From the NCBI GenBank assembly GCA_001695645.1, contig LVZN01000005.1, positions 42,860 to 74,859 on the forward strand: 32,000 bases of DNA, given 5' to 3'. Both the position numbers and the translations under genes were made by a program. The notes below the pieces were generated by a model that worked only from the letters and a program-made list of their open reading frames with translations, made no database searches and was not told the DNA's origin. Each line of letters opens with the position of its first letter. Position 1 is the first letter of the stretch. This stretch comes from Erysipelotrichaceae bacterium MTC7. GTDB lineage: Bacteria > Bacillota_I > Bacilli_A > Erysipelotrichales > Erysipelotrichaceae. Of this stretch, positions 22,954-32,000 are shown piece by piece.

Positions 22954-25900
22954 ATGAAAAAGCGACTATTTGTTAGAAAAAAAGCGAAGTTTAATGTAGA
23001 AGCAACATCCATTTGTAGTGATATCAATCACAACTTACAAATTACATCTGTACAAGGTGTGCAACTCTACAACATCTATGACATCTTTGATGCAGATGCA
23101 CAAGATATTGAACTACTACAAACCAAAGTATTAAGTGAAATCGTAACGGATGAAGTTTATGAAAGTGTTGATACGACTGGAAAAACCTACATTGCATATG
23201 AAAGCTTACCAGGACAGTTTGATCAACGTGCGGATAGTGCGCAAGCTTGTTTAATGTTACTAAACAATAAAAGTGATGTCATCGTTAAAAGTGGTCGCTT
23301 GGTCATCTTAGAGGGAACACCTAGTGACGATGAAATTGCGGCAATTAAACATTACTTAATCAACCCGGTTGAAATGCGTGAAAAGGATTTAACAATTCTT
23401 GAAAACGATGAAGATGTGACTGTGGAACCGGTACTTACACTTGATGGTTTTATCGAGTGGGATGAACAAACAATTAAAAACTACCGTGCACAAGAAGGAT
23501 TGGCAATGAGCGATGCTGACTTGCTATTCATTCAAGAATACTTCCAAAAAGAAGATCGTAACCCAACGATTACAGAAATTAAAGTACTTGATACGTACTG
23601 GTCAGACCACTGTCGTCATACGACATTTGAAACGGTATTAACAAATATAGTATTTGAAGAAGGAACCTTCCAAGAACGTATCCAAGAAGCATATGAAGGG
23701 TTCTTAGACCTTCATAAAAAAGCGAATAAAAAAGACAAACCAATTACATTGATGAACATGGCAACGGTTGCTGGTAAATATATGCGTCAAAATGGTTTAC
23801 TTGATGACCTTGAAGTCAGTGATGAAATCAACGCTTGTTCGATTGAAATCACAGTGGATGTAAACGGTAAAGAAGAACCATATTTATTGATGTTTAAAAA
23901 TGAAACACACAATCACCCAACGGAGATTGAACCATTTGGGGGAGCTAGTACATGTATTGGTGGTGCCATTCGTGACCCACTATCAGGAAGAAGTTATGTT
24001 TACCAAGCGATGCGTATTACCGGAGCTGGTGATATCAACAAGCCAATTGCGGATACTTTACCAAACAAGCTTCCACAACGTGTAATTTCTAAGGGTGCTG
24101 CCAATGGATATTCAAGTTATGGAAATCAAATTGGTTTAGCAACAACATACGTCAAAGAAATCTTTGATGAAGGATATGTTGCAAAACGTATGGAAGTAGG
24201 AGCAGTTGTGGGAGCTGCACCAAAAGAAAATGTCATGCGTTTACAACCACAAGCTGGTGATATTGTCGTCTTGCTTGGTGGTGAAACAGGACGTGATGGT
24301 ATCGGTGGAGCAACTGGTTCAAGTAAAGAACACACGGAAACTTCATTAACGAAAAGTAGCAGTGAAGTACAAAAAGGAAATGCACCAATTGAACGTAAAT
24401 TACAACGCTTGTTTAGAAATCCAGACTGTACACGTTTGATTAAAAAAGCCAATGACTTTGGAGCTGGTGGAGTAAGTGTAGCCATTGGTGAACTTGCAGA
24501 TGGAATTCACATTAACCTGGATAAGGTACCAACAAAGTACGCTGGGCTAAATGGAACGGAATTAGCAATTAGTGAATCACAAGAACGTATGGCTTGTGTA
24601 ATTGAACCAGAAGCATACGAAGCTTTTAAGACGTATGCATATCAAGAAAACTTACAAACGTACATCGTTGCTGAAATTAGTGACGATAACCGTTTGATGA
24701 TGAATTTTAAAGGAGAAACGATCGTCGATATCGATCGTCGTTTCTTAGATACTAACGGTGTACGTCAAAAACAAGATGTTGTTATTGAAGACTATACAAC
24801 AACAGAAGAAAATCCATTTACACCAAAACACAACACGGTTGCAAGTGTATTGCAAGATCCTAATGTTGCAAGTCAACGTGGACTTGTTGAAATGTTTGAT
24901 GCAACCATCGGAGCAAGTACAGTGCTTATGCCTTTTGGTGGAAAATACCAAATGACAGAAAGCCAAGCAAGTGTGCAAAAAGTATCTGTGTTTGGTCATA
25001 CCAACACGGCGAGCGTAATGAGCTATGGGTATCAACCAAGCATTGCAAAATATTCTCCATATCTTGGAGCTGCATACAGTGTGGTAGAAGCACTGGCAAA
25101 ACTTGTTGCAGTAGGAGCAAGTTATGAACATGCAAGATTGTCAAACCAAGAGTATTTTGAACGCCTTGGGAACGATCCAAAAAAATGGGGGAAACCAACC
25201 CAAGCATTACTTGGATTGATTGAAGCACAAATGGCATTTGAAACACCTTCCATCGGTGGTAAGGATTCAATGAGTGGGACATACAAAGATTTAACCGTTC
25301 CGCCAACATTAATTACCTTTGCCGTAACGACGGAACATGTAGATGCGATCGTTTCAAATGAATTGAAAGAAGAAAAACACTTCTTATACTACGTAAAACA
25401 CAAAGCGAACCGTGACGGTTCACCAAACTATAATCAATTGAAAAAAATCTTTACCTTGGTAAAAACGAAGATGGATGAAAAAACAATTGTGGCAGCTAAT
25501 GCAGTTGGCTATGGTGGAGTTGCTGAAGCTTTATGTAAAATGAGCTTTGGAAACAAAGTTGGAATCCAAGTAACAAGTGATGAAAATCTATTTGTGGCAA
25601 ACATTGGTAGTTTTGTGGTTGAAAGTACAACAGAAATCGAAGATGAAAACTTCATCTTGTTGGGTCAAACAAGCGAAGAATTAAAAATCAACATCAACGA
25701 TGAAACGTTTAAAATTGATGAAGCGATTGATTTATGGGAAGCGCGCTACAAAGAAATCTATCCAACAACGGTACATGAAAGTGCTGAATACGTAAAGAAA
25801 TTGGATTACGTAGATGAAACGGTTGTAAAAGCAAATCGTTCTGTGGATAAGCCAAAAGTTATTATCCCAGTTTTCCCGGGAAATAATTGTGAATACGATT

Positions 25901-26646
25901 GTAAAAAAGCCTTTGAAAAAGCAGGGGCTGATGCAGAGATATACGTCTTCAACAACATCAGTGTTGAAGCAACAAAACAAAGCATTGATACCTTAGCAAC
26001 CAAGATTGCCAATGCACAAATCTTAATGATTCCAGGGGGATTTTCAAGTGGGGATGAACCCGATGGAAGTGGTAAGTTCATTGCCAACGTACTGATGAAT
26101 GATAAGGTGAATGATGCAGTACAAACCTTATTGGCAAACGATGGTTTAATCTTGGGAATCTGTAATGGATTCCAAGCCTTGATTAAATCAGGTTTACTAC
26201 CTTATGGAGATATCGCAAAACTAGATGAAAGTTCACCAACGTTATTTAGAAACGATATCAACCGACACGTATCACATATCGCAACGACACGTGTAAGTTC
26301 AACGATGTCACCTTGGTTAAAAGGTTTCCAAGTTGAAGATACACACAAAATTGCCATGTCACATGGTGAAGGTAAGTTTGTGGTTAGTGAAAAAGAAGCA
26401 CAAGAACTATTTGAAAATGGTCAAGTTGCTACCCAATATGCCGATTTACGAGGAAGACCAACGATGTCAGGTGTGTATAACATCAATGGATCAACGTATG
26501 CAATTGAAGGTATAACAAGTCGGGATGGAAGAATCTTCGGAAAAATGGGACATAGCGAACGCTACGAAGATGGTCTCTTTAAAAACATTTATGGAGACAA
26601 ACTTCAAGACATCTTTAAAAACGGTGTCGATTACTTCAAAAAATAA
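22954..26646 (+). CDS. purL: Phosphoribosylformylglycinamidine synthase, single-chain large type (PurS/PurL/PurQ functions fused)
   Basis: 1230 aa. It comprises an N-terminal PurS-like region, the FGAM synthetase core (ETHNHPTEIEPFGGASTCIGGAIRD) and a C-terminal glutaminase domain (GICNGFQAL). The ATG follows the purE stop with no gap. Confidence 0.95.
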   Translation: MKKRLFVRKKAKFNVEATSICSDINHNLQITSVQGVQLYNIYDIFDADAQDIELLQTKVLSEIVTDEVYESVDTTGKTYIAYESLPGQFDQRADSAQACLMLLNNKSDVIVKSGRLVILEGTPSDDEIAAIKHYLINPVEMREKDLTILENDEDVTVEPVLTLDGFIEWDEQTIKNYRAQEGLAMSDADLLFIQEYFQKEDRNPTITEIKVLDTYWSDHCRHTTFETVLTNIVFEEGTFQERIQEAYEGFLDLHKKANKKDKPITLMNMATVAGKYMRQNGLLDDLEVSDEINACSIEITVDVNGKEEPYLLMFKNETHNHPTEIEPFGGASTCIGGAIRDPLSGRSYVYQAMRITGAGDINKPIADTLPNKLPQRVISKGAANGYSSYGNQIGLATTYVKEIFDEGYVAKRMEVGAVVGAAPKENVMRLQPQAGDIVVLLGGETGRDGIGGATGSSKEHTETSLTKSSSEVQKGNAPIERKLQRLFRNPDCTRLIKKANDFGAGGVSVAIGELADGIHINLDKVPTKYAGLNGTELAISESQERMACVIEPEAYEAFKTYAYQENLQTYIVAEISDDNRLMMNFKGETIVDIDRRFLDTNGVRQKQDVVIEDYTTTEENPFTPKHNTVASVLQDPNVASQRGLVEMFDATIGASTVLMPFGGKYQMTESQASVQKVSVFGHTNTASVMSYGYQPSIAKYSPYLGAAYSVVEALAKLVAVGASYEHARLSNQEYFERLGNDPKKWGKPTQALLGLIEAQMAFETPSIGGKDSMSGTYKDLTVPPTLITFAVTTEHVDAIVSNELKEEKHFLYYVKHKANRDGSPNYNQLKKIFTLVKTKMDEKTIVAANAVGYGGVAEALCKMSFGNKVGIQVTSDENLFVANIGSFVVESTTEIEDENFILLGQTSEELKININDETFKIDEAIDLWEARYKEIYPTTVHESAEYVKKLDYVDETVVKANRSVDKPKVIIPVFPGNNCEYDCKKAFEKAGADAEIYVFNNISVEATKQSIDTLATKIANAQILMIPGGFSSGDEPDGSGKFIANVLMNDKVNDAVQTLLANDGLILGICNGFQALIKSGLLPYGDIAKLDESSPTLFRNDINRHVSHIATTRVSSTMSPWLKGFQVEDTHKIAMSHGEGKFVVSEKEAQELFENGQVATQYADLRGRPTMSGVYNINGSTYAIEGITSRDGRIFGKMGHSERYEDGLFKNIYGDKLQDIFKNGVDYFKK

Positions 26647-26667
26647 AAGAAAAGGTGGGCAAACAAC

Positions 26668-27384
26668 ATGGAAAAATTAGAAATGATCTACGAAGGTAAA
26701 GCAAAACAAATTTATCGTACAACAGATGAAGATATGGTTATCATTCACTACAAGGATGATGCAACTGCAGGTAACGGAGCAAAAAAGGGAACCATTGAAA
26801 ACAAAGGGGTTCTCAATAACAAGATTTCAAATATGATTTATCGTTACTTGATGAAACACGGAGTGAAAACACATTTAATTGAAGAATTAAATGACCGTGA
26901 TTCCCTTTGTAAGAAAGTGGACATTGTACCTTTAGAGGTAATTGTTCGTAACATCGTTGCTGGAAGTGCGGCAGCTCGTTACAAAATGGCAGAAGGAACA
27001 ACCATCCAAATGCCAATTATGGAGATCTGTTGGAAAGATGACAATTTAGGGGATCCACTAATTAACGACTATCACGCAATTGCTTTTGGTTTAGCAACCC
27101 GTGAAGAGTTGGATAACATTTATGCACAAACTGCAAAAATCAATGAATTAATGTTGCAAATGTGGGCAGAAATGGGCATTCAATTGGTCGATTTTAAAAT
27201 TGAATTTGGACGTACCAAAGATGGAGAAATTCTACTTGCTGATGAAATCAGTCCAGATACTTGCCGCCTATGGGATAAGAACACTGGTGAAAAACTAGAT
27301 AAAGACCGTTTCCGTCGTGATATGGGAAATGTTGAAGAAGCTTATGAGGAAATCTTCTCAAGATTAGAGAAAAAAGAGGACTAA
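26668..27384 (+). CDS. purC: SAICAR synthetase
   Basis: 238 aa with the motifs YEGKAK, LEVIVRN and [10 protein letters not shown], which I recognise from PurC. Confidence 0.95.
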   Translation: MEKLEMIYEGKAKQIYRTTDEDMVIIHYKDDATAGNGAKKGTIENKGVLNNKISNMIYRYLMKHGVKTHLIEELNDRDSLCKKVDIVPLEVIVRNIVAGSAAARYKMAEGTTIQMPIMEICWKDDNLGDPLINDYHAIAFGLATREELDNIYAQTAKINELMLQMWAEMGIQLVDFKIEFGRTKDGEILLADEISPDTCRLWDKNTGEKLDKDRFRRDMGNVEEAYEEIFSRLEKKED

Positions 27385-27385
27385 T

Positions 27386-28816
27386 ATGTTAGATGAAAAG
27401 CAGTATTTTTTAAATGGGAAAATCAATGAAGAGTGCGGAGTCTTTGGTGTGTTTAATGTGAAAGATGCTGCAGCCTTAACGTACTTTGGGTTACACGCAT
27501 TGCAACACCGTGGGCAAGAAGCAAGCGGGATTGCAACAAGTAATAAAAAGGAAATTAAGTGTATTAAAGGTAAAGGGTTATTGACAGATACCTTTAATTC
27601 ACAAACGCTAAAACAGCTAAAAGGAGTGCATGCGGTTGGACACGTGCGCTACTCGACGGCTGGCGGAAATGAGATTGAAAATGTACAACCGATTATGGTT
27701 AGAAGTCACAAAGGTCACTTTGCGATTAGCCATAATGGGAACATTGTAAATGCGAAAGAATTAAAAGAGGAAATGGAAAATGCGGGTAGTATTTTCCAAG
27801 GAACAAGTGATACAGAGGTTATTGGACACTTGATTCAACGTGAACGCGAAGGAACGTTTGAAGAAAAGATTTTGAAAGCGGTGCAGTATTTAGAAGGTGC
27901 ATTTGCCTTCTGTGTGATGCGCGAAAATTGTATGTATGCGGTGCGTGATAAAAATGGATTGCGTCCAATGAGTGTCGCTAGAGTTGATGATGGATGGGTG
28001 GTAAGTAGTGAATCTTGCGCTTTTGATATTGTGAATGGAAAAGATGAATTTGATATTGAACCAGGACAAATCATTAAGTTTGATTACGATGGTATCAAAA
28101 AAATTCAATATACCGACAAGACGCAAAAGAAAATGTGCGCGATGGAATACATTTATTTCTCACGTCCAGATTCTTCCATTGAAGGGATCAACGTGCATAC
28201 CGCACGTCGTCTTTCAGGAAGAATGCTTGCGAAAATTGATAAAGAACAAGATGGAATTCATGCAGACATCGTCGTTGGCGTTCCTGACTCGTCATTATCA
28301 GCAGCGATTGGATATGCTGAAGAAAGCGGATTGCCTTACGAACTTGGATTGATCAAAAATCGTTACGTTGGACGTACGTTTATTCAACCGACACAAAAAC
28401 AAAGAGAACGTGGTGTGCGTATGAAGTTAAGTGCGGTACGTGATATTGTGAAGGGTAAAAGCATCATGTTGATTGATGACAGTATTGTACGTGGTACAAC
28501 CTCTCGCAGAATCATTCAATTGCTTAAAGAAGCAGGAGCAAAAGAAGTTCATGTGCGCATTGGCTCACCAGCCATTACGCATCCGTGTTTCTATGGTGTG
28601 GATACATCAAGTCGTGGAGAGTTGATTTCTGCAAAAATGGACGCGAGTGCTGTATGTGAATTTATCGAAGCGGATTCATTAAAATTTCTTGAGATTCCAT
28701 CGATGATGGAAGCTTTTGGAACAGAAGATTTATGTGTTGCATGTTTCAATGGGAAATATCCAACCGATTTATACAACTTAGGTGAGCAACTAAAGGAGGA
28801 AATGGCAAATGAGTGA
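27386..28816 (+). CDS. purF: Amidophosphoribosyltransferase (propeptide + [4Fe-4S] type)
   Basis: 476 aa. A 16-residue leader precedes the catalytic CGVFGV. Cluster cysteines are present ([16 protein letters not shown]), as is the PRPP loop [11 protein letters not shown]. Confidence 0.95.
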   Translation: MLDEKQYFLNGKINEECGVFGVFNVKDAAALTYFGLHALQHRGQEASGIATSNKKEIKCIKGKGLLTDTFNSQTLKQLKGVHAVGHVRYSTAGGNEIENVQPIMVRSHKGHFAISHNGNIVNAKELKEEMENAGSIFQGTSDTEVIGHLIQREREGTFEEKILKAVQYLEGAFAFCVMRENCMYAVRDKNGLRPMSVARVDDGWVVSSESCAFDIVNGKDEFDIEPGQIIKFDYDGIKKIQYTDKTQKKMCAMEYIYFSRPDSSIEGINVHTARRLSGRMLAKIDKEQDGIHADIVVGVPDSSLSAAIGYAEESGLPYELGLIKNRYVGRTFIQPTQKQRERGVRMKLSAVRDIVKGKSIMLIDDSIVRGTTSRRIIQLLKEAGAKEVHVRIGSPAITHPCFYGVDTSSRGELISAKMDASAVCEFIEADSLKFLEIPSMMEAFGTEDLCVACFNGKYPTDLYNLGEQLKEEMANE

Positions 28817-29837
28817 TAAGTATAGAGAAGCAGGTGTTGATTTAGAAGCTGGTTACGAATCGGTAAGACGCATCAAAAATCATGTGGAACGTACAAAGAT
28901 TAAAGGTGCTTATACAGCTTTAGGATCGTTTGGTGGAATGTTTGACTTAAGTGTATACAACTTAAAAGAACCAGTATTGGTTTCTGGTACCGATGGAGTA
29001 GGAACGAAACTCATGGTTGCTTTTGCATATGATAAACATGACACCGTAGGAATCGATGCGGTTGCTATGTGTGTCAATGATGTACTTGTGCAAGGAGCCA
29101 TGCCAATTTACTTCCTTGATTACCTAGCTGTTGGCAAAAATCACCCTGCCCAAATTGAACAACTTGTTAAAGGGGTTAGTGATGGATGCGTGGAAAGTGA
29201 ATGTGCATTAATTGGTGGTGAAACAGCAGAAATGCCAGATATGTACCAAGATGGACATTACGACATTGCTGGATTCTGTGTCGGTGTCGTTGAAAAAAGT
29301 AAGCTACTTGATGGTAGTAAAATTGCAGCGGGACAAACGTTGATTGGACTGCCTTCATCAGGATGTCATTCCAATGGATTTTCATTAATTCGTAAAATTT
29401 TACTAAAAGATGCAAACTTGGATTTACACACAACCTATGAAGGATTTGATCAACCTCTTGGTGAAGTCTTGCTTACACCAACAAAACTGTATGTAAAAAC
29501 CATCAAACATTTACTTGAAAAAGTAGATATTAAAGGAATGTCACACATTACAGGTGGTGGGTTTTATGAAAACGTACCACGTATGTTGAAAGAAGGCTTG
29601 GGTGTTCGTATTGATACAACGTCGTTCCCACGTCCAAAAATCTTTGACTTGTTGCAAGAAAAAGGACAAATCGAAAATAAAGAAATGTACAACGTTTTCA
29701 ATATGGGAATTGGATTTGTTTTAGCAGTAGAGGCAGATGATGTGCAAACGGTACTTGCTGCTTTAGCTGAAATCAATGAACCAGGTTATGTCATTGGTGA
29801 AGTGACTACATCAGGAGAAGTGGAGTTAACGTGGTAA
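28809..29837 (+). CDS. purM: Phosphoribosylformylglycinamidine cyclo-ligase (AIR synthetase)
   Basis: 342 aa with SGTDGVGTK and GGETAEMP motifs. It overlaps purF by 8 nt. Confidence 0.95.
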   Translation: MSDKYREAGVDLEAGYESVRRIKNHVERTKIKGAYTALGSFGGMFDLSVYNLKEPVLVSGTDGVGTKLMVAFAYDKHDTVGIDAVAMCVNDVLVQGAMPIYFLDYLAVGKNHPAQIEQLVKGVSDGCVESECALIGGETAEMPDMYQDGHYDIAGFCVGVVEKSKLLDGSKIAAGQTLIGLPSSGCHSNGFSLIRKILLKDANLDLHTTYEGFDQPLGEVLLTPTKLYVKTIKHLLEKVDIKGMSHITGGGFYENVPRMLKEGLGVRIDTTSFPRPKIFDLLQEKGQIENKEMYNVFNMGIGFVLAVEADDVQTVLAALAEINEPGYVIGEVTTSGEVELTW

Positions 29838-30412
29838 ACGTAGCGATATTTGCTTCTGGTAGTGGTTCAAACTTTGAAAATTTAGTCAAAGCAACATATA
29901 AACATGCAGATATCAAACTGCTTGTTGTTGATAAAGAAAATGCCTATGCCATTACGCGAGCAAACAAGCTAGGGATTCCATATGTATTTGTTAATCCAAA
30001 AGCTTTTGCAAGCAAAGAGGACTATGAAACACAAATACTAACGTACTTACAAGCGTATGATATTACGTTAATAGCCCTTGCTGGATATATGCGATTCATT
30101 GGTAAGGTACTATTAGAAAACTATCCAAATGGAATCATCAATTTGCATCCTGCATATTTACCAGAATTTCCTGGAGCTCACAGTATTCAAGATGCCTATG
30201 ATGCAAAAGTAAAAGCCACAGGTGTAACCATTCACTTTGTGGACGATGGTGTTGATACTGGACCAATTATTCACCAAGAACGAATTGATATTGATCCAGC
30301 TTGGAGTTTAGAAAACTTAGAAGAAGAAGTTCATAAAATGGAATATGATATGTTTCCAAGAATTTTAGATAGCGTATGCAAGGAGGTAGCACATGAAAAG
30401 AGCTCTAATTAG
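29831..30412 (+). CDS. purN: Phosphoribosylglycinamide formyltransferase
   Basis: 193 aa with a GTG start, an N-terminal FASGSGSN motif, and the INLHPAYLP and [14 protein letters not shown] motifs. Confidence 0.92.
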   Translation: MVNVAIFASGSGSNFENLVKATYKHADIKLLVVDKENAYAITRANKLGIPYVFVNPKAFASKEDYETQILTYLQAYDITLIALAGYMRFIGKVLLENYPNGIINLHPAYLPEFPGAHSIQDAYDAKVKATGVTIHFVDDGVDTGPIIHQERIDIDPAWSLENLEEEVHKMEYDMFPRILDSVCKEVAHEKSSN

Positions 30413-31922
30413 TGTTTCAGATAAAACAGGAATCATCGCGTTTGCCCAAAATCTTATCGATTTAGGTTTCGAGATTATTTCAACTGGGGGAACTAAGAAA
30501 ACGTTGGATGAAGCAGGTATTGCGACAATTTCCATCAGTGATGTAACAAGTTTTCCTGAAATTATGGATGGACGTGTCAAAACGTTACACCCGAATGTAC
30601 ACGGTGCACTTTTATGTGTTAGAGACAATCCCGAACATGTAAAAGCCTTACAAGAAAACAACATCGAGTACATCGATCTTGTTTGTGTGAACTTATATCC
30701 GTTTAAACAAACGTTACAAAAAGATGGAGTAACACACGAAGAAATTATTGAAAATATCGACATTGGTGGACCAAGCATGCTTCGTAGTGGGGCAAAAAAC
30801 TATAAGTACATCCCTGTGATTGTCGATCCAAGTGACTATGACAATGTCATTAAAGAATTGAAAGAAAACAACGAAACATGTCCAGTGACACGTGAATACC
30901 TTGCGGCTAAAGTATTCCGTCATACGGCAAGTTATGACACGATTATCGCCGATTACCTAACAAAGAAAACAGGAGAAAAATATCCTGAAACATTTACGAT
31001 GACCTATGAAAAAGTGCAAGATCTTCGTTATGGAGAAAACCCGCACCAAGAAGCTGCATTTTATAAGGGTATGAATCCTCAGTATTCGATTGCTCGTGCA
31101 AAACAACTACATGGAAAAGAACTATCTTACAACAACATTCAAGATGCCAATGCATGTATTGAAGTGTTAAAAGAGTTTAGTGAACCATGTGCAGTTGGTA
31201 TGAAGCACATGAACCCATGTGGAGTTGGTGTAGGAACAACAATTGAAGAAGCGTGGGACAAAGCATATGAAGCAGATCCAACCTCTATTTTTGGAGGGAT
31301 TGTTTCTTTCAACCGTGAAGTAAGCGTTGCAGTTGCAGAAAAACTAAGCAAGATTTTCTTAGAGATTATCATTGCTCCTTCGTATGATAAAGAAGCCTTT
31401 GAAATCTTAAGTGCAAAAAAGAACATCCGTTTGATGGTGTTGGATACAAACTTAAATGTTGCACAAACGACAAAAGTAACAAATGTTAACGACGGGTTGT
31501 TGGTGCAAGATATGGATTTATTGCATATTGAAGATATGGAACTTACCATTCCAACCAAACGCAAACCAACAGATGCAGAAATGAAACAATTGTTGTTTGC
31601 ATGGAAGGTTGTAAAACACGTGAAAAGCAATGCAATCGTTCTTGCAAAAGATGATATGACCATTGGTGTAGGTGCTGGTCAAATGAACCGTGTTGGCGCT
31701 GCAAAAATTGCCATTGAACAAGCAGGTGAAAAGGCGAAAGGTAGTGTACTTGCAAGTGATGCATTCTTCCCGATGCCAGACACAGTAGAAAATGCAATTG
31801 CTGCAGGAGTTACGGCAATGATTCAACCAGGAGGTTCAATCAAGGATCAATTAAGTATTGATGCCTGTGATGAAGCTGGTGTAGCGATGGTATTTACTGG
31901 TGTACGACACTTTAAACATTAA
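30393..31922 (+). CDS. purH: Bifunctional AICAR transformylase / IMP cyclohydrolase
   Basis: 509 aa starting [13 protein letters not shown] (MGS-like IMPCH domain) and ending with the PurH-type C-terminus FTGVRHFKH. It overlaps purN by 20 nt. Confidence 0.95.
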   Translation: MKRALISVSDKTGIIAFAQNLIDLGFEIISTGGTKKTLDEAGIATISISDVTSFPEIMDGRVKTLHPNVHGALLCVRDNPEHVKALQENNIEYIDLVCVNLYPFKQTLQKDGVTHEEIIENIDIGGPSMLRSGAKNYKYIPVIVDPSDYDNVIKELKENNETCPVTREYLAAKVFRHTASYDTIIADYLTKKTGEKYPETFTMTYEKVQDLRYGENPHQEAAFYKGMNPQYSIARAKQLHGKELSYNNIQDANACIEVLKEFSEPCAVGMKHMNPCGVGVGTTIEEAWDKAYEADPTSIFGGIVSFNREVSVAVAEKLSKIFLEIIIAPSYDKEAFEILSAKKNIRLMVLDTNLNVAQTTKVTNVNDGLLVQDMDLLHIEDMELTIPTKRKPTDAEMKQLLFAWKVVKHVKSNAIVLAKDDMTIGVGAGQMNRVGAAKIAIEQAGEKAKGSVLASDAFFPMPDTVENAIAAGVTAMIQPGGSIKDQLSIDACDEAGVAMVFTGVRHFKH

Positions 31923-32000
31923 TGGTAATATAAAATAACGTGTGGTTCGAAAATATTGAACTATAAAATATCGTGTGGCTACACAATCAAAAAAGATGAG

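Noticed and set aside
31929-31978. CRISPR array at the right-hand edge.
   Set aside because: Only two 17-nt repeats with a 33-nt period are present, which is far shorter than CRISPR repeat-spacer units, and no cas genes are in the window.

Overview
This is a chromosomal window from a low-GC Firmicute, probably an anaerobe; that assignment is inferred from gene content only. It is dominated by housekeeping metabolism, and I do not see a defence island, prophage, transposon, CRISPR array or rRNA/tRNA gene. Gene order, left to right: a glv/mal-type alpha-glucoside locus (GH4 phospho-alpha-glucosidase, PTS EIICB, two tandem RpiR regulators, an AEC transporter, PTS EIIA) ending in a decayed glycerate-kinase/KdgK chimera; a choS/choQ-like osmoprotectant ABC transporter; a two-gene minus-strand operon (cation/proton antiporter, then CLC channel) behind a fluoride riboswitch; fhs; ald; fba; a GlmU gene reduced to its acetyltransferase half, followed by prs; an Isf-like flavoprotein and a cytidylate-kinase-like gene; ribU behind an FMN riboswitch; a 74-aa orphan ORF; a DUF308-like membrane protein with an uncharacterised C-terminal domain plus a Cof-type HAD phosphatase; and a purE-purL-purC-purF-purM-purN-purH operon behind a guanine riboswitch. 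The items most worth follow-up are regulatory RNAs and gene remodelling, not a new multi-gene system. They are: the fluoride riboswitch sits in front of the antiporter rather than the CLC; the pur leader is unusually long, with a second terminator and a Shine-Dalgarno-equipped 18-codon mini-ORF; the stand-alone GlmU LbH domain; the glxK'-'kdgK deletion chimera; and the membrane protein with a His...NC (LRAT/NlpC-P60-like) motif that may be translated from a leaderless mRNA. All family assignments come from reading motifs by eye, and no database search was run.
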